NCBI GenBank assembly: GCA_963693365.1
Contig: CAVNZM010000002.1
Location: forward strand, 14,479,615 to 14,543,614
DNA: 64,000 bases
Origin: Amoebidium appalachense
Lineage: Eukaryota; Protista; Ichthyosporea
Direction: 5' to 3'
In this document: positions 12,080-31,763 of the stretch, in pieces
Position numbering within the stretch: position 1 is the stretch's first letter
Layout: every line of letters begins with the position of its first letter
Program-made: the position numbers and the translations under genes
Notes under the pieces: model-generated
Database searches by the model: none
What the model saw: only the letters and a program-made list of their open reading frames with translations
Told to the model about the DNA's origin: nothing

Positions 12080-15000
12080 GCTACATCACCTCAGGCTCGT
12101 TTTAAGATCTCGGTGGTTATGCTGGTGGTGGTAGGAAGGAATATCCCGATGCTCTCTTGTTACCAAACACCACTCCCGCTAGACTGGGTGAGCCCCTGTC
12201 TCAAAAGGAAAGCTTGCGCCGGCTTGATAGTATGAATCGATTTGGCCCCCCTGCTCGTATTATTGGGGATACCACTGGAGACCCCCTCATAGACTCTGAT
12301 AAGTATTTCTCGGAACTGTTTAAAGATAGGACCCCCGCTCAGAAACCTAATGTGTGGCCTGTAGACCCATCTATGGGGTTTGCACACTTTTTATTGCGTG
12401 GACACTGCCGGAGGCCCAGCCACATTCGACGGCCTACTGCGTTTTCCAGCGCAGCCAATCAAATGTAGCCAGTGACATATGTACATGCTAGGCAACAATG
12501 AGCGCCATCGTAGTATATGACACCCCTATTACATATTATGGGTAAGCAGAGGCTAGCATCGGTAGCTCCGAAAGAAAGTTAAGGCACCGGATCACAATAT
12601 CATACTGTGCAGCATTAATAAGGTGATCTAGGATAGTCATCTTAAAACGGATATATTGGGGAAGAGAGGAAGAAAAGAGAATAAAACCGCCAATAACCTC
12701 CGGTTCTAATACGTTAACAGGTTGCACTTATTGATAGATATGCAGCCACGAGTAAACCGCCCCCCACACATATTACACATACGAGCAGGAGACACCAGAA
12801 ACCGATTACACCACCAATCCATAATCATCTTTGCGTTTTTACACCACACCACATTACGAATAAACGAATCTATGTATGAACGAGACTCTCTAACCGTATC
12901 CGCCATATAGGCTACTAGTAGTTGGTGTTTTTGCGGACCTAATACCGGAAGGGACTCAACACGTAGAGTAAAAAGATATCGATCAGCCATAGACTTGAAA
13001 CTATTCCCATAGAATCGATCCTCCCCTTTTTCAGTCCCGATACCATATGGTCTGTGATATCTAGTTATAGCTCTAGTAAGCCTTGTGGACCTGATGGACT
13101 TCCTGCTGGGTTTCTTAAAATCCTTGTTCCCTCCTACCCACAAAAGGAAAGTGATCGTGCTATTAAACCTGATCTTACTACTATGTTAAGCTCTCTCTTT
13201 TCTTGGTGTGTTAAATGTGGACATGTCCCGTCATCTTGGTTAGATACCTTAGTGATCCCCATAGTTAAGAAGGACTCTGAGGGCCCCATATCATCTTTTC
13301 GCCCCATCACACTAACCCAGGTTGTTCGTAGATTTCAATTGAAGCTTGCTTACATAGGTTATTTGCACATCACCCTAGGTTTCAATCTATTCTTCACATA
13401 CACCCATGCCAATCCGCTTTTCGTAAGAACAATTCATGTTATGTTCAAATAATGGCACTGCACGACTCTATGCAAGTTGGTGCACGATATGTTGGCTTTA
13501 TTGATTGGAAAACTGCTTACGATTCTGTCTCCCCTGGTCTCCTATGGGAAAAGCTTGCTGCACGGGGTGTACCACACTGCATTGGTGTTCTGTTCTAACA
13601 GAAGCACTCTTGTCTCAAACCTATGGTAGAGCTGTGGTTAATGGGCATCTTTCATATGGTTTTGCTCGTACTAGAGGTCTCTTGCAGGGTTCATTGCTTA
13701 GCACCTTTTTGTTTAACCTATTTATAGATGATTTGGCTGTCAAGATTTATGCCGAAAATGATTGACCCTATTAATAACTTTCCGACTTCTCTATGCCGAT
13801 GATCTGTCCCTCCTTGCCCGTACCCCTAGATGCCTGCAAAGATTGTTCGATGTAGTGTCAGATTGGTGCAAGGCAAACCTTATGACCCTTAACATGGACA
13901 AATGTGGTGTTCTTGTACCTGATATAGCTAACAATTTACACACATTTACATTGTCATCTAAACCTGTACCTATAGTTCCAGAACACAATATATCTTGGTG
14001 TTCCGGTTAATTCTGTTGGTGTTATGTTTTCCCATATGGTCGAAAAGAGGGTAGAGTTGGCTCGTAAGCGGTTAGCTTTCCTCTCGGCTAATATTTTTAA
14101 AGACACACCCCTCCATCCTTCTATTAGACTTACATTTATTCGCACTTTTGTCTTCGGAACCGGCATGTGAATATGGTTTACCCCTTCTCGCCGCTTGGAT
14201 CAAGAAAGAGAGAACTAGAGCGCTTAAACCCTTGGCAAATTTTATTGAAGCAAAAGTTGCCTCCTTTCTATTTAACAACTGTTGTAAACCTGGGCCTGTA
14301 AAGCTCTCGATATATGGTCTGGTCCCAATAGCTGCTAGAGTATCCCATCTCGCGCTGAAATTCAATAAGCACATAAGCCGCTTAAAGAAGTATTTGCCCT
14401 CCCACCCTCTCCTCTATCCGACCTGTCCCCTCCTCACCTCTCCCCTCTTTCATTCCCTCTCTCTCTCCTTCTCCCCCGGGCACAAATACAAATAACCCCG
14501 CAAAAGTGTGCGTGTGACTTTGGACTGCCACTTACTTATTAAACATGTACACTGCAATCACAAGATAATCACGCAATATAACAAATGGAAAAAGATACCA
14601 CACGACACTAGACCCGATGAAAGCAGACACCTTGAAAAACTAAGCCTTATGTCTCGTTTATATATAATGACCGCCTTAACCATATTGCCAAATATGGCAC
14701 TCGCAAATGTATAAAACCTAAATACATATTACCTTCCTGGAGAACTGGTCTTTCTCTAGCTGATGGTATTATTGATCAATTGCCACGCTTTTACTGTACA
14801 CGTGCTATACAGTGGAGATCTAATAAGTATAAGGTGGCATCGTTTGCATGCCCAAACAACACACACACACACCAGTTTAAACGGTCATGTATTGCCAAAT
14901 GTAGTTTGATAGACCACATAATACCGCAACACACACACGTCACATTCACAACAGATACCCAGAAAGATAGCCTACCTGTAAATTACAACGATGATCCTTG

Positions 15001-15086
15001 ATTTTATACTAAACACGCGTAACTACGACCTGTTTATTAGATGTATTGATTGGCTTGAGAAACACATCATTACAAAATTCTAGCGC

Positions 15087-15175
<89 letters not shown>

Positions 15176-15301
15176 ACCAGCTGGTACCGAGTGTCCCAGG
15201 GGAGCCCCCCCCCCCCCCCCCTCCCCCCCCCCCTCCCCCCCCCCCCCCCCCAAAAAATAAATAAATAAATAAATAAATAATTATAAAATAAAATAAAATA
15301 A

Positions 15302-15336
<35 letters not shown>

Positions 15337-15543
15337 CAATTAAAAAAACGCGGAACCCCAACTAATTGATTTTTCTTAGTCTTTATGGTGTCCCGTAGAG
15401 TAAGTAAACCCTGATATATAGTCATCACCCGACATCTATGTACGTGATCATGATATACCACTGAGGGGATATTCCGAGCAAAAACCCCCCCATGCCTGAG
15501 ACTGGTCTCTCTTTGCCATGAGTTATAAACAGCGTAAACCCCA
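12080..15543 (+). mobile_element. Degenerate, frameshifted non-LTR retrotransposon (LINE-type RT), copy A, interrupted by a nested insertion; 5' boundary approximate
   Basis: Fragments KPCGPDG, GHVPSSW..LVIPIVKK..FRPITL, IDWKTAYDSV, GLLQGSLLS and YADD occur in shifting frames. 13428-15543 is a close inverted match to 15706-17698. Confidence 0.9.
12393..13025 (-). mobile_element. 5'-truncated 3' fragment of a second, divergent non-LTR family nested in copy A
   Basis: Flanked by a CTTTTT duplication (12387-12392 and 13026-13031). Removing it restores the host frame GFAHFFSPDTIWSVISSYSSSKPCGPDG. It encodes DWWCNRF..CNMCGGRFTRGC..TILDHLINAAQYDIVIRCLNFL, homologous to the C-terminus of the 16055-17674 ORF. 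Confidence 0.85.
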
Positions 15544-15703
15544 CCTGTCATGTCATTGAGTCGACGTCAGACACATTTTCAAAAATAAACACAGGAATAT
15601 AATAATGTAGCCATGGAACTATCATTTGTCCTTGTAAAGAACCATAAATTATGTGAGACGGCCGCTATGTACTAGAAAAGAGAAAAAAACGGGCCGGAAT
15701 ATA

Positions 15704-15901
15704 TTTGGGGTTTACGCTGTTTACTCGAGGCAAAGAGAACCAGTCTCAGGTATGGGGGGGGGGGGTTTGCTCGGAATATCCCCTCAGCGGTATATCATGA
15801 TCACGTACATAGATGTCGGGTGGTGACTATATATCAGGGTTTACTTTCTCTACGAGACACCATAAAGACTACAAGGAGAAATCAATTAGTTGGGGTTCCC
15901 C

Positions 15902-15949
<48 letters not shown>

Positions 15950-15981
15950 GGGCTCCCCTCGGGACACTCGGTATCAGCTGG

Positions 15982-16050
<69 letters not shown>

Positions 16051-17703
16051 TGCGCTATAATTTTGTAGTGATGTGTTTCTCAAGCCAGTCAATACATCTA
16101 ATAAACAGGTCGTAGTTACGCGTGTTTAGTATAAAATCAAGGATGTTGTAATTTACAGGTAGGCTATCTTTCTGGGTGTCTGTTGTGAATGTGACGTGTG
16201 TGTGTTGCGGTATTATGTGGTCTATCAAACTACATTTGGCGATACATGACCGGTTAAACTGGTGTGTGTGTGTGTTGTTTGGGCATGCAAATGATGCCAC
16301 CTTATACTTATTAGATCTCCACTGTATAGCACGTGTACAGTAAAAGCGTGGTAATTGATCAATAATACCATCAGCTAGAGAAAGACCAGTTCTACAGGAA
16401 GGTAATATGTATTTAGGTGTTATACACTTGCGGCCATATTTGGCAATATGGTTGAGGCGGTCAGTATATATAAAACGAGACATAAGGCTTAGTTTTTCAA
16501 GGTGTATGCTTTCATCGGGTCTAGTGTCGTGTGGTATCTTTTTCCATTTGTTATATTGCGTGATTATCTTGTGATTGTGTACATGTTTAATAAGTAAGTG
16601 GCAGTCCAAAGTCACACACACACTATTGCGGGGTTTATTTGTATTTGTGCCCAGGGGAGAAGGGGAGAGAGAGGGGAGGAAAGAGGGGAGAGGTGAGGAG
16701 GGGACAGGTCGGATAGAGAAGAGAGGGTGGGAGGGCAAATACTTCTTTAAGCGGCTTATGTGCTTATTGAATTTCAGCGCGAGATAGGATACTCTAGCAG
16801 CTATTGGGACCAGACCATATATCGAGAGCGTTACAGGCCCAGGTTTACAACAGTTGTTAGATAGAAAGGAGGCAACTTCTGCTTCAAGGAAATTTGCCAA
16901 GGGTTTAAGCGCTCTAGTTCTCTCTTTCTTGATCCAAGCGGCGAGAAGGGGTAAACCATATTCACATGCCGGGAAGACAAAAGTGCGAATAAATGTAAGT
17001 CTAATAGAAGGATGGAGGGGTGTGTCTTTAAAAATATTAGCCGAGAAGAAAGCTAACCGCTTACGAGCCAACTCTACCCTCTTTTCGACCATATGGGGAA
17101 ACATAACACCAACAGAATCAACCGGAACACCAAGATATTTGTATTCTGGAACTATAGGTACAGGTTTAGATGATAATGTAAATGTGTGTAAATTGTTAGC
17201 TATATCAGGTACAAGAACACCACATTTGTCTATGTTAAGGATCATAAGGTTTGCCTTGCACCACTCTGACACTACATCGAACAATCTTTGCAGGCGTCTA
17301 GGGGTACGGGCAAGGAGGGACAGATCATCAGCATAGAGAAGTGCAGGCGGAAAGTTATTAATAGGGTCATCGTTTTCGGCGTAAATCTTGACAGCCAAAT
17401 CATCTATAAATAGGTTAAACAAAAAGGGGCTAAGCAATGAACCCTGCAAGAGACCTCTAGTACGAGCAAAACCATATGAAAGATGCCCATTAACCACAGC
17501 TCTACCATAGGTTTGAGACAAGAGTGCTTCTAACAGAACACCAATGCAGTGTGGTACACCCCGTGCAGCAAGCTTTTCCCATAGGAGACCAGGGGAGACA
17601 GAATCGTAAGCAGTTTTCCAATCAATAAAGCCAACATATTGTGCACCAACTTGCATAGAATCGTGCAGTGCCATTATTTGAACATAACATGAATTGTTTT
17701 AGA
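15704..17703 (-). mobile_element. 5'-truncated non-LTR retrotransposon, copy B, with a 9-bp target-site duplication
   Basis: Direct repeat CGGAATATA at 15695-15703 and 17704-17712. The element begins within the RT domain and ends ...GTAAACCCCAAA. Confidence 0.9.
16055..17674 (-). CDS. Reverse transcriptase (LINE-type), C-terminal 539 aa, uninterrupted
   Basis: FIDWKTAYDSV, GLLQGSLLSPFLFNLFIDDL, LYADD, YKYLG, and a C-terminal WR..C..H..C region ending ILDFILN. Confidence 0.9.
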   Translation of the reverse strand: MALHDSMQVGAQYVGFIDWKTAYDSVSPGLLWEKLAARGVPHCIGVLLEALLSQTYGRAVVNGHLSYGFARTRGLLQGSLLSPFLFNLFIDDLAVKIYAENDDPINNFPPALLYADDLSLLARTPRRLQRLFDVVSEWCKANLMILNIDKCGVLVPDIANNLHTFTLSSKPVPIVPEYKYLGVPVDSVGVMFPHMVEKRVELARKRLAFFSANIFKDTPLHPSIRLTFIRTFVFPACEYGLPLLAAWIKKERTRALKPLANFLEAEVASFLSNNCCKPGPVTLSIYGLVPIAARVSYLALKFNKHISRLKKYLPSHPLFSIRPVPSSPLPSFLPSLSPSPLGTNTNKPRNSVCVTLDCHLLIKHVHNHKIITQYNKWKKIPHDTRPDESIHLEKLSLMSRFIYTDRLNHIAKYGRKCITPKYILPSCRTGLSLADGIIDQLPRFYCTRAIQWRSNKYKVASFACPNNTHTHQFNRSCIAKCSLIDHIIPQHTHVTFTTDTQKDSLPVNYNILDFILNTRNYDLFIRCIDWLEKHITTKL

Positions 17704-17981
17704 CGGAATATAGTAGGGCACTCAGAAAACCATCGAGATGAAGTTCCTGTCTGACCCGATGCTCAATCTTCAAAGCCCCCTTAAATTTATATTGTGTGAG
17801 GGCCTCCCCACTGTGCACATCGGCAGAAAGCAGAAAAAAATATTCGGCCCGGGATCATGATCATTACTTTTTGACAGCGTTTTTTTTTTTTTTGGGGGGG
17901 GGGGGGGGGGGAGGGGGGGGGGGGAGGGGGGGCACGTGTGTCCATGTTTTTTGTGCCTGTACACATGTGCACGGATCATTT

Positions 17982-18017
<36 letters not shown>

Positions 18018-19386
18018 GGGGGGGAGGGGGGGGGGGGGGGGGGGGGGGGAGGGGGAGGCAGCGTTAAAAAAAAAAGAGGCCGAGGGGGTGAGGAGGGGGG
18101 GGGGGGGGGGGGGGGGGCAGCCTCAGACTACCGGGGAGGGAGGGAGGGGGCCGGGGGGTGGAGGGGAGGGGGGGGGGGGGGGGGGGAGGGGGCAGCCCCG
18201 AGCTCCAGGGGAGGGAGGGAGGGAGGGAGGGCGGAAGGGGGATGGCCTTACGATGCATCTTTCGATTCTTCATCACACGTGCACACGCGTCCCCAATAGT
18301 ACAGTAACGTATCTCCAGCTGCCGTGAAGCGGTTCTCCTTGATGGCCAGCGGTATCCATTTATTCTTCAAAAAAGTCGGCAAAAACAGGCTAGCATGAAC
18401 TCAATACGAGCCATATAATATAATAAATACAATGTGTTGGCTAAATACAGAATTCGGGATACAACTTAACTTAACCAACCCGACAATTCTGTTAAACCAT
18501 GTGTCACGTGACTCCATTCATATGGGAGATTTAAAGCTCAGCTTCATAAAGCTAGTCTTCATTAAAGCTAAAAAAACCACCATTTAGTTGCCATAACAGT
18601 CATAGTGTATATCGGGTTTGCGCTTTGTGCAGAGGCATGTCACCGTGTCTGTGTAAGTGTGACAGCGCGTGTGTTTGGCCACGTGGGGTAGAAATGTTTG
18701 TGTGTGTGGTTTTGCTAGGAATAGGTGGGTGGGGAAGCAGGGGTCCCCCCCCCCCCCCCCCCCCTCCCCACGTGGGGGGGGGGCATTTATATACACTATG
18801 TGTCTATTGTAGCACTAACTTATGAAATCAAATTCGTTGATACCATCCTCGCATAACTAGACAAGTGTATGACATACTTTATACGATCAATACTAGGTAG
18901 CACAACAGCACAAGTATATACAAACATATTCCAAATGCATTAGCTAGAATAAGAAATCTTGAACATAAAGGCCATCAATATCAATAACATTAAGTCTAAA
19001 CGTCACATAACTACAAACTTGTAAAGTTGATCTGCCACCCGTGATAATCATAATAAGAAACATGGAAATGGAAAAAAAAATTATCCCGCCACTGTAGAAC
19101 CACTGTAGATGGCCCCGGGTGCCGAAATCTACTACCTCCGAGTCAATCCTCGGTTCATTGCACTCATGCAGGTGGCTGCTTCAAAAACCCGACACGGCGA
19201 TTTACAGAGATTGAAAAATGCCTGCAGAGAGTGTTCGAGTGAGTGATTGGTTATGTGTGTACGAGCATGTGTGTGTGTCTCTGTACGTGTGTGTCACCGA
19301 GGTGTATGGATGCTCGGACACAACGCCATGCGATCATTGGCAAGATCATCCAAACAAACACATGATATGCTGCAAGTTCAGAACCT

Positions 19387-19426
<40 letters not shown>

Positions 19427-19574
19427 AGCCGCCGGGCCCTCCCTTCACACCACCACCACCACAATACAGACACAAAATCAACCACAGAAGAACGAACTGA
19501 AGGACACCGGGAAGAATGTTCAACAAACACCTGTGACCCACCCGTGACTTCTTTCAGTAACATACCATTTACGG

Positions 19575-27257
<7,683 letters not shown>

Positions 27258-27627
27258 GTAAAATTGTTAGTTCCCTCAGGTTGTGTCGTTTACTAATACA
27301 CACCCTTCTATTTTGTCCATATATTTTTAAACCCTCCCACCGTGGCACATGATGCATCATGCACCTTCTGGCTTTCCCGCAAGGGAGGAGCTTCAAAAGA
27401 AAAACTAGACAAATGTTTGCTGGCAATGACAGCCGGCGACAGTGGGGGTTGCTGTGACAGACTCTAGGCCCGAGACATTTCTGTCATCAATTTCTCCTTT
27501 TACGGTAAATTACCCCCTCTCCTCCCCCCCCCCCTTATCCAAGCCTTTTCCACATACATGTGTGCAACCGTGGTTGGGTGGCCCAGCCGTGGGGTGGGGG
27601 TGGAAGGTGGGGTGGGGCGCAGAGAGA

Positions 27628-27660
<33 letters not shown>

Positions 27661-28914
27661 ACTCGCAAGTCTCCGAAGTATCTTAGTTATAGTAGCAGCG
27701 AATCTGTTACCCCTCCTGTTCATCCCCCCCCCCCCCCCCCCCCCCCCTCTCCACCACTCCCCCCCCCCCCCCTCCCCCCCCCCCCCCCCCAAAAAACAAA
27801 ACAAAAACAAAAAAAACACTAGCCCCACCCCAACAGGCTCACACACCCACAACTTAGTCTACACCCCTACACACTTAAACACTGGTCATTAGAAAGCTAT
27901 TGAAATGCCGTTTCAGCCAAACAATACAGTCTGAGGCACGGTCCAAAGATACTATTAGGTTTCAGAACTGGAAAAAGGGTGAAAAAAAGATGAACAAGAA
28001 AATGTTCCTTCCACGGTGACCCAGGCTGGGCCGTATGCTTTAGCACACTGTAGCTTAAGGTTCCTCAGTCGTACAACCGATGATGCAGATCCATATTCCC
28101 GGCACCCACTACCTCCACTGAATGAAATCCCATAGCAATATGTGCCCAGAAAACGCTGAGTCGCTATAAAGCAATTCAATGACATTGTTACGATAGCCTA
28201 CGATGCGACGCTTTCTCCGATTAAACAATTTAACCCACAACTTTGTCAATCATCATGAAATTATTCGGGCTAGTTACCGTCCCTAGCCTCAGTGTGTTCA
28301 TCGCACCACCAGACGGGCCCCAACAGCCAAGCTTCAAGCTAGCCTCCCAACCTCTACCATTAGTAGGCCATGCCATTAGATTCTCCAGGTTCCATCAATT
28401 TAACAACTGGGGGCCCCCGAGGGCTTTAACTTCACGTTACATCAATTAGAAAAAAGTGCGCATAATTGGGCCACAATGCCCACGTTTCATCCAGGCAACG
28501 TGTGGTAACCGTAACTTAGCTTCATATTTTGTGACGTTTCCGGGCCCGCTTTGACTTCCTGATAAGGAATCGGTGACACAGATAGAAAAACTGTTATCAT
28601 GTTGGCCGAGTGGACGGTGGTCACATGCAAAGGCACAGCACCGGCAGGTCTTCCGCGTGGAAACTACTGAAAGCAGATCATGTTGTCTTGAAGCTCCTGA
28701 ACTTCAAACTAAAGTTTGTCAACCCCAAGTCAACGTGAGAGGGAATGAAACTACTCACGTGCACCAGGAAGTTCCGGTGGGCAGGGCTCATAGCCCGAAG
28801 CACCGGGTCCAGTTCCATACTGCCAAGGTTTGGCCAAACCTTAGCACGGCCACCCACCACGTGACGATGATGTTACTGAGCCTGCTAATAAGCCCCCGGC
28901 GGCGGCCAAAATGT

Positions 28915-29040
28915 CCCGAACACTAAAGGGCCTCTTTTCTGCTTCAAGTTGGGGGATTCCTGGCCAATCTTCTGATCGTGCCCGAACACGAAAGGGCCTC
29001 TTTTCTGTTTGGGGGATTCCGGGCCAATCTTCTGATCGTG
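28915..29040. repeat. Two-copy tandem duplication, about 66-bp unit
   Basis: cccgaacac-aaagggcctcttttctg...ttgggggattcc-ggccaatcttctgatcgtg occurs at 28915 and 28981. Confidence 0.9.
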
Positions 29041-30121
29041 TAAACGGCTACTGTACCGTCGAGCTTTCTAGGCAGTAACCCATCCTCCTGGCTAACTATT
29101 ATAGTATGTCTAGGATGATCGTTGTCGAGCACATCGTCAAGAAATAGCTTTGAAACTTGGAATCGTGTGAATGCGTGAACAGGAATGTAGACCTTGCATT
29201 GGGTGGTTGGCAGCACTGCCAAGTTCTGTGTCGGGAAAAGTTGAACTCGGAGTGTGTGTGAGCCGGTTCGGAATTTCAAAAGCCGACCTGACAGTGAGGA
29301 GGCCTCAAACTAACGTGACTTTTTTTTTTTTCAGATGGCATCATGCATGCATGCCTTGTGTACCAAGCCTCAATAGTTATTCGCGTGGCCGCATGGCCAA
29401 CAACAGGTTATCAAACTCGAAAGCCAACTAATATTAGACACACGAGGCCTTGAACATTGTTGAGAAGGAAACTCAAAGTGAGACGGTTCGAAGCTCGCTG
29501 AGTGAAGAAGTTGGGGAAAACTCAAGTGCCTTCAAGTGACAACCGTCAGAAACACGGACCCGGGTCTCCGTGACGGCGCGCGGAACGGGCCGGATAGGTT
29601 TACCGCTGCCCACCACTGCTGCAACAACTTCAAATTTCGCGAATAAATCTTTTAAATCTTCGCATATTGCACTGCAAAATTTGCAAACCATCAGCTCCAG
29701 GGAAACATTCTTATATAGACAGAGCAATAACACCTCAAACTATTACTCAGAAGACTTACACTACATCTAGGTCTAGCTCGTCGGGCTTAGCCGATGGATT
29801 GATTAATACTATCCCACAAAAACAAACCACCAGGTCTGGAATTGGAGCTGTAAATTTATAAATTCATTGAACTCAACCGAGGTCGAGCCCCAGGCCTGAT
29901 AAAAGATCAGATATCATCATCGGAGATGCATAAAACATGCAGCTGTATGGTACCTGCAATAAAATTTGAATGCATGAATGCCTGGAAACTGGTAAAAAAA
30001 AAATTTTTTTCTTTTTTTTTCTAATTTATGGTCCACCATACTTGCAAGGTCTTATTGCCATTGTCCATACAGAACATGTGCAGGTGGTCTCACAGCTGTG
30101 AATGCAGCATGCTGTTACAAC

Positions 30122-30698
30122 CAATCGTTTTCGGTCTTTGCAGGCAGTAGACATATCTGGATTAAATGCGTCAGTCTTGGAATGTCGGTAATGATCAAAC
30201 GATCTCCGGTGTTTCTTAGCAACGTTGTTGCTTGAACCCCGCACACAACGAGATTTGGATTTATATTTCCGGATTCTTTCAATGTTGGCGGGAAACTTTG
30301 CTGAGAAAATACAGCCTGCTCTTAATATCTCCAACTCAATATTTTAAACGTAGCTCAACAGATATGTATCTCGTCAATATTAGATAGCTCCAAATTGCCG
30401 CAAGTCTGGTCAATTGTTTTCGGTTTTTGCAGGCAGTAGACATATCTGGATTAAATGCGTCGGTCTTTTGGAATGTCGGCAATGATCAAACGATCTCCGG
30501 TGTTTCTTAGCAACGTTGATGCTTGAACCCCGCACAAAACGAGATTTGAATTTATATTTTTGGATTCTTTCAATGTGGCAGGAAACTTTGCTGAGAATAT
30601 ACAGCCTGCCCTGAGTATCTCCAACTCAGTATTTTTTAACGTAGCTCAACGGATATTATCTCGTCAATAATAGATAGCTCCAAATTGCCGAAAGTCCG
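30122..30698. repeat. Two-copy tandem duplication, about 289-bp unit, intergenic
   Basis: Units start at 30122 and 30411 (tttgcaggcagtagacatatctggattaaatgcgtc...tagatagctccaaattgccg) and are highly similar with scattered differences. Confidence 0.9.
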
Positions 30699-31763
30699 GC
30701 ACCTTGGAAAATTTGTACGTACAGAAAGTTGTGCCGGTCACCAAGTATCAGTCTCATAGTGAAAACTTGCCAAAAGAAAAGCGTTGATCATGGATGGAAA
30801 ACATCATGCGGCGGTGTAAGCTGCACAAACAACTAGTAAAATATCTTCTGTGTATGTAAGTTGTACAGTAGTACGTGAAGAATTGCTTGCCAAAAGCCCA
30901 GTTTCGCCCGGCCCACTCATCAGCGACCAACCATCGTGCACTGGCAATCACCCTAGATCAGATGCCGGACGCCGGGCCGGCAGATAACGCAGCGGGCACA
31001 GGCGGCGAGGCGCACGCTCATCGACGAAAAAGTCGTGTCGGAGACTCGGAGTGTTTCTCAGTCGAGGCAGCCTGGCAGTCTGCCAGAGCTTAATGCGTGC
31101 CAGAGGAAGGCCGGTGTGGGACACCAAGCTGTAACTTATTAGATTAAATGCACTTCTTCGTCCATCTTCAAGTTGCCTTCACAGGCTGGAATGAACTCGG
31201 TAAGTGTATAGGATCGATGCTGGGATTCAGTAACCGTTACCAGGCCGGCCCTGATACTGAGTCTCGCGGTCTATTGTAAGTTGCACTATGCCAGTAATTA
31301 ACTGTTGCTTTCTGATGATGCCATGGTCGTGTTATATTACTGAATTTGTTATCTGAAAGGGCTCAAATGGTCCACATTTATTAACAGCTGTAACTGTTGC
31401 CGCCCAACCGCCGGGCGAGTTCCAAGCCTTAGGAGAGGCAGCCACTTGGGGCTTAAAGTTTGACTCACACCCAACTAATTGAAGTCAGTCCACATGCTTC
31501 TGATTCAACAAGCCTTAACCTGAATAGTAGGCCATAGGGTGACCGGGAACCCGAGGCTTAGGCTCGGTTCAGCCACCACCACGCCAATTATCCACCGGTC
31601 CGCAGACTCTAACTCAGCCTCTCTGAGCTGCTGATGTTACAATTACTGTCGTGTATACACCTAAAAACTCGCCCACTGGCAGCCGCTTACAAGCTGCTCA
31701 GCCTGGCACTGGCAGCAGTCTGGCAACAGACTAAGGCAATGCCGCGCTCACACTGCCTGTGCG

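Noticed and set aside
12374-12383. TGGGGTTTGC resembling the LINE terminal motif, as a possible shared 3' end of the nested element
   Set aside because: It lies outside the TSD and is in-frame host coding sequence (SMGFAH).
13428-17703. Inverted repeat as a long-read fold-back artefact or a Penelope-like inverted structure
   Set aside because: The right arm has its own 9-bp TSD and the flanks differ. The RT motifs (GPDG, FRPI, QGS, YADD) are LINE-type, and no GIY-YIG domain is seen.
28972-28995. Hammerhead-like CTGAT-CGTG..CACG-AAA in the 66-bp repeat
   Set aside because: The core lacks the required G8-A9 (CUGANGA), and I could not form stems I and III.
30960-31200. GC-rich short ORF as a possible transposase or gene remnant
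   Set aside because: No recognisable motif and stops in all frames; unresolved without a database search.
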